NCBI GenBank assembly: GCA_947467395.1
Contig: CANIIC010000001.1
Location: forward strand, 368 to 64,367
Direction of reading: 5' to 3'
Source of the DNA: Bryobacterales bacterium
GTDB lineage: Bacteria > Acidobacteriota > Terriglobia > Bryobacterales > Bryobacteraceae
Length of the DNA: 64,000 nucleotides
Part shown: piece by piece, positions 57,866 to 64,000 of the stretch
Layout of the letters: each line of letters begins with the position of its first letter
Position numbering within the stretch: position 1 is the stretch's first letter
The notes under the pieces: generated by a model
What the model saw: only the letters and a program-made list of their open reading frames with translations
What the model was told of the DNA's origin: nothing
Database searches by the model: none
Made by a program: the position numbers and the translations under genes

Positions 57866-57883
57866 GCAACTCACAAGTAGAAC

Positions 57884-57926
57884 CAAACGCCGGCTGGCCT
57901 TCGGGTCCGCCGGCGTTTTCTTTTAT
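57884..57926 (+). terminator. Rho-independent terminator after the receptor gene
   Basis: aaacgccggc..tggccttcgggtcc..gccggcgttt followed by tcttttat. Confidence 0.75.
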
Positions 57927-57936
57927 ACTTGTGCTC

Positions 57937-59250
57937 ATGAAATTGGGGCACTTGGCGGTTGTTTCGATCCTCGCGGTGAGTTCCTGCGCGGGCCAAAGCG
58001 TGGAGGCGGCGTTCCAGAAGTTCTGGTCTGCCGATTCGCCGAGCTCGGCGGCGAAGGCTGCGAGTGAGATCGAGAAGGCCAAGGTCAGCTTCGACGAGGC
58101 CCTGCGGCGGTTGAAGGCGGGGCGCAGCTACGGGCCACAGAAGAGTGACGTGGTGCAGATGAAGAATCGCACCTCCGATGGCGTGGAGCACTTCTTCTCC
58201 GTCAACGTGCCTCCAAACTACGATCCAGCGAAGCGCTACCAAGTGCGATTTCAGCTGCACGGAGGCGTGGGCGGACGCGTGGACAATCAGCCACGCGGCA
58301 CAGGCGAGATCGGGCAGTTGGCGGGGGCCGAACAGATCTACGTGCTGCCGTATGCGTGGGATACGCAACCGTGGTGGGGCAACGATCAGGTGCTGAATCT
58401 GGCGGCGATCGTGGATGCGCTGAAGCGGAATTACAACGTCGACGAGAATCACGTGGTGGTGGCTGGTGTATCGGACGGCGGCACGGGCGGGTACTTCGTC
58501 TCGATGCGCGACACCACTCCCTATGCGAGTTTCGAGATCTTGAACGGCTTCATCGCGGTGCTGAGCAACTCGGAGATCGATGACGGCAAGATGTACCCAA
58601 ACAACCTCCGCAACAAGCCGTTGTTCGTAATCAACGGTGGCAAGGATCGGCTGTATCCGACGAGTGTAACCGAGCCGTATACGCGCTACCTCATGAAGAA
58701 CGGCGTGCAGATCGAGTATCATCCGCAACCCGAAGGCGAGCACAACACGCGCTGGTGGCCGGAGATGAAGGGTCCGTTCGAGGCGTTCGTCGCGGGGCAT
58801 CCGCGCGATCCGCATCCAGACAAACTGACGTGGGAAGCGAGCGATGCGGCGCACGGGCGCGCCCACTGGCTGGTGCTCGATGCGTTCGGCACGCTGCCGG
58901 GTGAGCGCGCGATTCTGCAGGATCTGAACGACGTTCCATCCTCGGAGAAGGGCCTCTACGACTACACCGGCGGCGCCATCTTCAACCGGGCGAAGAATCC
59001 AGGTCGCGTGGATCTCGTGCGCAAGGGCAACGTGGTGGAGGCGACCACGCGCGGAGTAACGGCGTTCACACTGTTGCTTTCGCCCGATGAGTTCGATTTT
59101 TCGAAGCCGGTGCAAGTAGTGGCGAATGGCCGGGACGTGTACAACGGACCGGTGGCTCGCGATGTAAAGACGCTGCTGAAGTGGGCGGCCGTCGATAACG
59201 ATCGCACCATGCTGTACGGGGCGGAACTGAAGATCACCCTCAAGAAGTAA
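57937..59250 (+). CDS. Secreted alpha/beta-hydrolase (esterase or S9-like peptidase)
   Basis: ATG 57937 gives signal peptide MKLGHLAVVSILAVSSCAGQ. Nucleophile elbow VVAGVSDGGTGG, with later GGKDRLYP and EGEHNT (Ser-Asp-His order). The antisense ORF 57871..59283 is rejected. Confidence 0.7.
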   Translation: MKLGHLAVVSILAVSSCAGQSVEAAFQKFWSADSPSSAAKAASEIEKAKVSFDEALRRLKAGRSYGPQKSDVVQMKNRTSDGVEHFFSVNVPPNYDPAKRYQVRFQLHGGVGGRVDNQPRGTGEIGQLAGAEQIYVLPYAWDTQPWWGNDQVLNLAAIVDALKRNYNVDENHVVVAGVSDGGTGGYFVSMRDTTPYASFEILNGFIAVLSNSEIDDGKMYPNNLRNKPLFVINGGKDRLYPTSVTEPYTRYLMKNGVQIEYHPQPEGEHNTRWWPEMKGPFEAFVAGHPRDPHPDKLTWEASDAAHGRAHWLVLDAFGTLPGERAILQDLNDVPSSEKGLYDYTGGAIFNRAKNPGRVDLVRKGNVVEATTRGVTAFTLLLSPDEFDFSKPVQVVANGRDVYNGPVARDVKTLLKWAAVDNDRTMLYGAELKITLKK

Positions 59251-59301
59251 TTTTCCCGGAGAATCTGGAGCGGCGCGGGGCACTGTAACTCAGTACCCCG
59301 T

Positions 59302-61119
59302 ATGATCAGACTCTGGATTCCGCTTCTTCTGACGGCCGGGATGGTGTGTGCGCAGGCTCAAGACCCGGCCTATGAACCTCTCGACCGCGCATACGCGGCA
59401 CTACGCGACAAACATTACGAACAAGCGATCGCGGGGTTCCAGCAGGCGATCACCGCGGCCCCGGCGCGCGCGTCGATTCACAAAGATCTAGCCTACACGC
59501 TGCTGAAGGTGGGCGAGACAGTTGCGGCTCGCGAGCAGTTCGCCGAGGCGATGCGCCTGGACCCGGCCGACGATCACGTCGCGCTGGAGTACGCGTTCCT
59601 GTGTTACGAAACCAAGGAGCCGGTCGCGGCCCGGCGGGTGTTCGACCGCTTGCGCAAGAAGGGTGATGCGACGGCGGCGCAGGCATTTGAGAACGTCGAT
59701 AAACCGCTGCGCGACGGGATCGCACGGTGGCAGCAGGTCTTGCGCGCGGCTCCGGAAAACTTCAGCGCGCATGAGGAGCTGGCTCGGCTGGCCGAGCAGC
59801 GCGAGGAGCTAGCGCTGGCAGCGGAGCACTTTGAGCTCGCGTGGCGATTGCGCACGGGACGTCGGGATTTGTTGCTCGACTTGGGCCGAGTGCTGAAGGC
59901 GCAGGGCAAGACCGAGCAATCGATCACGGCGTTACTGGCGGCATCGCGCGGGGCGGAGGCTCGGGTCGCGGAACAAGCGCGGGAACTCTTGCCCGCGCGG
60001 TATCCGTACGTCTACGAATTCGAGAGCGCGCTGCAACTGGATCCGGCGAATGAGGAACTGCGTCGCGAGCTGGCGTACCTACATCAGGAAATGGGGAATC
60101 GCGATGCGGCGTCGCGCGAGTTCCAGAAGTTGCCGGAGCGCGCGCCTGCGCGGCCTGCGACGGTGCAGCCCATCTTGTTGGAGCACGATGAGCCTGGGCC
60201 GGATGCGAAGGCCATGGCAGAGCGCAGTTTTGAGAAGGGCTACTTGAACGATGCCGTTCGTTACTTACGGTCGGCGTATGAGACGGACCCGGCTGATTTT
60301 GGCGTGATGCTGAAGCTCGGCTGGACATACAACATCCTGAAGCAGGATCGGGAAGCGGTGCGGTGGTTCGACTTGGCGCGGAAGAGCCCCGACGCATCCA
60401 TCGCAACCGAGGCATCGCAAGCGTATCGCAATTTGGCATCAGGACTGCGGCGGTGGCACACCACGGTGTGGGCGTTCCCGATGATTTCAACGCGGTGGCG
60501 CGATACGTTCGCGTACGCGCAGGCCAAGGCGGAGTTGAAGGTGCCAGGCTTGGCGATCAAGCCGTACCTGAGTGTGCGTTTCATCGGTGACTTGCGGGGA
60601 TCAGTCCGGCCGATCGTCGGCATGGGTCCGCAGTCTTTATCGGAGCGCAGCATCATCACAGCGACGGGCGTCGCAACGCCGGTGAAGCACGGAGCCTTCG
60701 CGTGGTTTGAAGCAGGCGTTGCGCTGCCGTATTCGGGCGGATCGGTCAAGCGCGATCTTCGCGGAGGATTTTCGTACGCAAGAGCGATCACGCATCGGCG
60801 ATTGTTCGCGGAGACGACCGATGATGTGTTGTTCGTGAGCCGCTTCGGAAACGACACACTGCTGTATTCGCAGAATCGCACGGGGCGGCGGTTGGGCGAG
60901 TCGATCGATGTGTATTGGAACTGGAACGCGACCATGGACGCGAAGCGCCAGTATTGGGCGAACACGGCCGAGACGGGCCCAGGTGTGCGTTGGCGCTGGG
61001 ATGCGTTGCAGTTTTCGGTGAACTTCCTGCGTGGTGCTTACTTGCGCAATCTGGGCAATCCGTATCGGCCCAACTACAACGACCTTCGAATCGGGATCTG
61101 GTATGCGTTCTCTCGTTAA
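59302..61119 (+). CDS. Secreted TPR-repeat protein with a beta-strand-rich C-terminal ~220 aa (possible outer-membrane barrel, PgaA/BcsC/PelB-like architecture)
   Basis: Signal peptide MIRLWIPLLLTAGMVCAQA. Multiple TPR-like A..Y......A...F..A....P helices across aa 20-390. The C-terminus alternates hydrophobic residues and ends IGIWYAFSR. Confidence 0.55.
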   Translation: MIRLWIPLLLTAGMVCAQAQDPAYEPLDRAYAALRDKHYEQAIAGFQQAITAAPARASIHKDLAYTLLKVGETVAAREQFAEAMRLDPADDHVALEYAFLCYETKEPVAARRVFDRLRKKGDATAAQAFENVDKPLRDGIARWQQVLRAAPENFSAHEELARLAEQREELALAAEHFELAWRLRTGRRDLLLDLGRVLKAQGKTEQSITALLAASRGAEARVAEQARELLPARYPYVYEFESALQLDPANEELRRELAYLHQEMGNRDAASREFQKLPERAPARPATVQPILLEHDEPGPDAKAMAERSFEKGYLNDAVRYLRSAYETDPADFGVMLKLGWTYNILKQDREAVRWFDLARKSPDASIATEASQAYRNLASGLRRWHTTVWAFPMISTRWRDTFAYAQAKAELKVPGLAIKPYLSVRFIGDLRGSVRPIVGMGPQSLSERSIITATGVATPVKHGAFAWFEAGVALPYSGGSVKRDLRGGFSYARAITHRRLFAETTDDVLFVSRFGNDTLLYSQNRTGRRLGESIDVYWNWNATMDAKRQYWANTAETGPGVRWRWDALQFSVNFLRGAYLRNLGNPYRPNYNDLRIGIWYAFSR

Positions 61120-63127
61120 TCGGTTTGTTCTCCTCGTATGCGCCGCGGGGCTGACCTCGAGTCACGTCCTCGCGGCGTCTTTTTCATTTCAGGTAAACGG
61201 CACGGAGCGATCGGCGTGGACGGAGGCGCTGGAATCACTCGGGCTGCATGAGGCGAAGCAGGGAAGTGCGGACGTTGTCGTGTTGGGGGCAGGCGCGACG
61301 GGCGAATATCGCTCGCGTTTGTCGCGCGGGACGATTCTGATTCTCGAAGGCGATTCGCCGGTGGCCGCTTCGTTCGGAATTCGTGCCACGGCGAAGCAAG
61401 TGTCGATGCGGTCCATCGTGGATGCGCGCGCACCGAAGCTCGCGATCGTGTGGGAGGAAGCGGTGTCTGCGGCTCGTTTCGATGTGCCAGCGCAGGCGAC
61501 GGTGTTCGCGCGGGAGAAGTGGGGGCAGGCTCCTGTGCTAGCGGGATTTCGGGTGGATGCAGGCGCGGTGTTGTGGCTCGCGACGCCGCTGGGCGCTCGC
61601 GGATACAGCCGCTATCCGTACTTGCCGCAGGCGCTGACCGATCTGGGCCTCGCTCTACCGTTTCGCTCGGCGCGCTTGTGGGCGTTTTTCGATTCGGCGT
61701 ATCGGGCACATGTAGATCTCGATTACTTCGCGCCGCGCTGGCGGGCTGCTGGGATCTCCGCACTGCATGTCGCCGCGTGGCATTACTGGGAACGTGATCC
61801 GGAGGCAGATGCGTACCTGGAGCAACTCATCGAAGCCTGTCATCGTAACGCGATTCAGGTGTATGCGTGGGTGGAGTTGCCGCACGTGAGTGAGCGGTTC
61901 TGGGAGCAGCATCCCGAATGGCGCGAGAAGACGGCCATCGGGCAGGACGCGCAGCTGGATTGGCGCAAGTTGATGAACCTGACGAATCGCGACGCGTTTC
62001 GCGAGGTTTCGAAGGGACTGCGCGATCTCACGACGCACTTCGATTGGGACGGAATCAATTTGGCTGAGTTGTACTTTGAATCGCTGGAAGGCCACGAGAA
62101 TCTGGCGCGCTTCACGCCGTTCAATCGCGATGTGCGCGCGGAGTTCGCGAGCGCTTCCGGCTACGATCCGGTGGATGTGTTCTCCGTTGACTCGCCGCAT
62201 CACTATTCACGCTCGGCGGAGTCGCTGGATGCGTTTCTCAATTTTCGCGCCGAGCTCGCCCGCAAGCAGCAGACAGAGTGGATCGGAGAGATTGAGACGA
62301 TTCGCAAGACGAAGCCGTGGTTGGATCTGACGCTGACGCACGTGGATGATCGGCTCGACACCAGCATGCGCGCGAAGATCGGGGCCGATACATCGAAGAC
62401 GCTGCCTCTGCTGGATACGCACGATTTCACGTTCCTGGTGGAGGATCCCGCCACAACCTGGAGCTTGGGCCCGCAGCGCTACCCGCAGATTGCGGCTCGC
62501 TACAAGGACGTGACCCCGAGGCCGGAGAAGTTGGCGGTGGACATCAACATCGTCGAGCGATATCAGGACGTGTACCCGACCAAGCAGCAGACCGGACTGG
62601 AGCTGTTCCAATTGGTGCATGCGGCGTCGGGGGCGTTCCCTCGCGTCGCGTTGTATTTCGAGAACTCCATTGCTGCCGCAGATCTGCCGCTCCTGAGCGC
62701 ATCTGGAGTCATCGTAGAGCGCGCAGAGAATACGAGCGGCAAGTGGGTAATCACCTCCCCGCGCGGTGTCGGACTCGACTGGGCGGGAGCGGTGTTAGTG
62801 GATGGGCGTCCGTGGCCGGTTCGCGGCGCGCATACAGTGTGGCTACCGCCGGGGACACATGCGTTGCAGGCTACGGCACAGGAGCCACTATTGCGCGTCA
62901 CCGACCTCAATGCAGACCTGAAATCAGCTACGACTTTGCCGACGGGAATTGAGTTCGTGTATCAAAGTTCAGCGCGAGCATTAGCGTTGCTGGATCGCGA
63001 GCCAGCGCGCGTGGAGATCGATGGCGATGCGGCACCCGGGGCGCTGTCCGGCACGATGCTGAAGCTGCCGCGAGGACAGCATATCGTGACGATTACGAGC
63101 CGCTCAGATACACGAAGCGCGCGATGA
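61103..63127 (+). CDS. Secreted glycoside-hydrolase-like (TIM-barrel, GHL-type) protein with a beta-rich C-terminal domain
   Basis: ATG 61103 (17-nt overlap with the upstream gene) gives signal peptide MRSLVNRFVLLVCAAGLTSSHVLAA. The central region has blocks ISALHVAAWHYWERDPE, QVYAWVELPHVSERFWEQHPEWREKT and FDWDGINLAELYFE. Family not confirmed. Confidence 0.5.
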   Translation: MRSLVNRFVLLVCAAGLTSSHVLAASFSFQVNGTERSAWTEALESLGLHEAKQGSADVVVLGAGATGEYRSRLSRGTILILEGDSPVAASFGIRATAKQVSMRSIVDARAPKLAIVWEEAVSAARFDVPAQATVFAREKWGQAPVLAGFRVDAGAVLWLATPLGARGYSRYPYLPQALTDLGLALPFRSARLWAFFDSAYRAHVDLDYFAPRWRAAGISALHVAAWHYWERDPEADAYLEQLIEACHRNAIQVYAWVELPHVSERFWEQHPEWREKTAIGQDAQLDWRKLMNLTNRDAFREVSKGLRDLTTHFDWDGINLAELYFESLEGHENLARFTPFNRDVRAEFASASGYDPVDVFSVDSPHHYSRSAESLDAFLNFRAELARKQQTEWIGEIETIRKTKPWLDLTLTHVDDRLDTSMRAKIGADTSKTLPLLDTHDFTFLVEDPATTWSLGPQRYPQIAARYKDVTPRPEKLAVDINIVERYQDVYPTKQQTGLELFQLVHAASGAFPRVALYFENSIAAADLPLLSASGVIVERAENTSGKWVITSPRGVGLDWAGAVLVDGRPWPVRGAHTVWLPPGTHALQATAQEPLLRVTDLNADLKSATTLPTGIEFVYQSSARALALLDREPARVEIDGDAAPGALSGTMLKLPRGQHIVTITSRSDTRSAR

Positions 63128-64000
63128 AGATCGCGGCAAGCAGGTAGACCAACCAGTCGGATTTGCGCACATCGCCGCGCGCGAGTTTGAGGAGCGCGTA
63201 TGTAGTGAAACCAATGGAAAGTCCCGTCGCGATGCTGGCGGTTAGAGGGATGGTGAGGATCGTCAGGAACGCGGGGATCGCGACGGCGGTGTTGCTCCAC
63301 GGGATCTCTCCGACATGCGACATCATGAGCGAGCCCACCACAATCAACGTGGGTGCGGTGGCTGCAGCGGGGACCGCGCCCACCAAGGGTGCAACGAAGA
63401 GCGCGACCAAGAAGAGCAAGCCTGTGACAATCGCCGTGACGCCACTGCGTCCTCCCGCGACCACCCCTGCTGCGCTTTCGATGTAGCTGGTAACCGTCGA
63501 GGTGCCTGCGATGGCGCCCACCATGGTGGCTGCGGAATCAGCGATCAGGATGCGCTTGATGCGAGGGATCTGCTGTGAGGAATCAATCAGCCCAGCCTTT
63601 TTCGTCACACCCACCAGCGTCCCGACGTTGTCGAAAATATCCACAAACAAAAAGACGAAGACCACGTCAAGCAAGCCGAGCTTCGACGCGGCTGCGATAT
63701 CCAGCTGGCCGAAGGTCGCGCCTAAATCCGCGAAGCCATACGTCTGCGGTTGCCAATGCACCAGCCCTGTCATCGCTCCAACGGCGGTCGTTGCTAAGAC
63801 CCCCACAATCATGGAGGCCTTCACGCCGCGCACTTGCAGGGCTGCCGTGAGGAATAGACCGAGGATTGCGAGCAGTGTGTGCGGCTCGCGCAGATTACCG
63901 AGCTGCACCAGCGTCGCGGGGCTCGCCACGATCAAGCCAGCGTTCTTCAACCCCAACATCGCGATGAACAGGCCGATGCCCGCGGCGACCGCGGCGTAGA
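63093..64000 (-). CDS. NCS2/AzgA-family purine (adenine/guanine/hypoxanthine) permease, N-terminus beyond the right edge (partial)
   Basis: The frame stays open upstream of the listed Met: the reverse complement of 63998..63957 reads YAAVAAGIGLFIAM, continuing into LGLKNAGLIV. Downstream blocks include DNVGTLVGV and SYIESAAGV. Confidence 0.85.
   Translation of the reverse strand, partial: YAAVAAGIGLFIAMLGLKNAGLIVASPATLVQLGNLREPHTLLAILGLFLTAALQVRGVKASMIVGVLATTAVGAMTGLVHWQPQTYGFADLGATFGQLDIAAASKLGLLDVVFVFLFVDIFDNVGTLVGVTKKAGLIDSSQQIPRIKRILIADSAATMVGAIAGTSTVTSYIESAAGVVAGGRSGVTAIVTGLLFLVALFVAPLVGAVPAAATAPTLIVVGSLMMSHVGEIPWSNTAVAIPAFLTILTIPLTASIATGLSIGFTTYALLKLARGDVRKSDWLVYLLAAIFIARFVYLSGS

Noticed and set aside
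55886-59283. Long minus-strand ORFs 55886..57886 (666 aa) and 57871..59283 (470 aa)
   Set aside because: They are antisense to the TonB-type receptor and the alpha/beta-hydrolase genes. Those plus-strand genes have signal peptides, family motifs and a terminator between them. The minus-strand products are low-complexity and R/H/V/A-rich.

Overview
This is a gene-dense chromosomal segment of about 60% GC with about 52 CDS and 2 tRNAs. I saw no rRNA, CRISPR array, IS element or integrase. A PEP-CTERM-tailed protein, a 1225-aa TonB-dependent receptor with a carboxypeptidase-regulatory-like N-terminus, and many signal-peptide proteins of unknown function suggest an Acidobacteriota-like soil bacterium (inference only). 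Layout: (i) 0.2-8.3 kb is a co-directional block with a secreted alkaline phosphatase, GlpQ, two GT4 glycosyltransferases, a PHP-like protein and an OlsF-like bifunctional acyltransferase, possibly for phosphate-stress membrane-lipid remodelling. (ii) 8.4-21.6 kb is mixed housekeeping: tRNA-CAT, methyltransferase, GNAT, a protein made of four secretin-N-like repeats, DedA, dnaE-accA, a PEP-CTERM protein, an atypical KAS, a CPA2 antiporter, RidA and tRNA-Leu. (iii) 21.7-50.7 kb is a Wzx/Wzy-type polysaccharide locus. It holds about 9 glycosyltransferases, rfbB/rfbC, wecB, wecD, wecE, an AsnB-type amidotransferase, methyl- and acetyltransferases, an ArnC-like plus GT-C-like pair and two large secreted proteins. 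Its most notable part is a cassette of carrier protein + amino acid:[carrier protein] ligase (a tRNA-independent class II aaRS homolog) + two-lobed GNAT. (iv) 50.7-59.3 kb carries a VanZ-like membrane protein, secreted paralogs, the TonB receptor and an alpha/beta hydrolase. (v) 59.3-63.1 kb carries a TPR/beta-barrel-like protein and a glycoside-hydrolase-like protein. (vi) A partial NCS2/AzgA permease sits at the right edge. All functional calls come from reading motifs in the supplied translations and the DNA. No searches were run, so family names are from memory and need HMM or structure confirmation.
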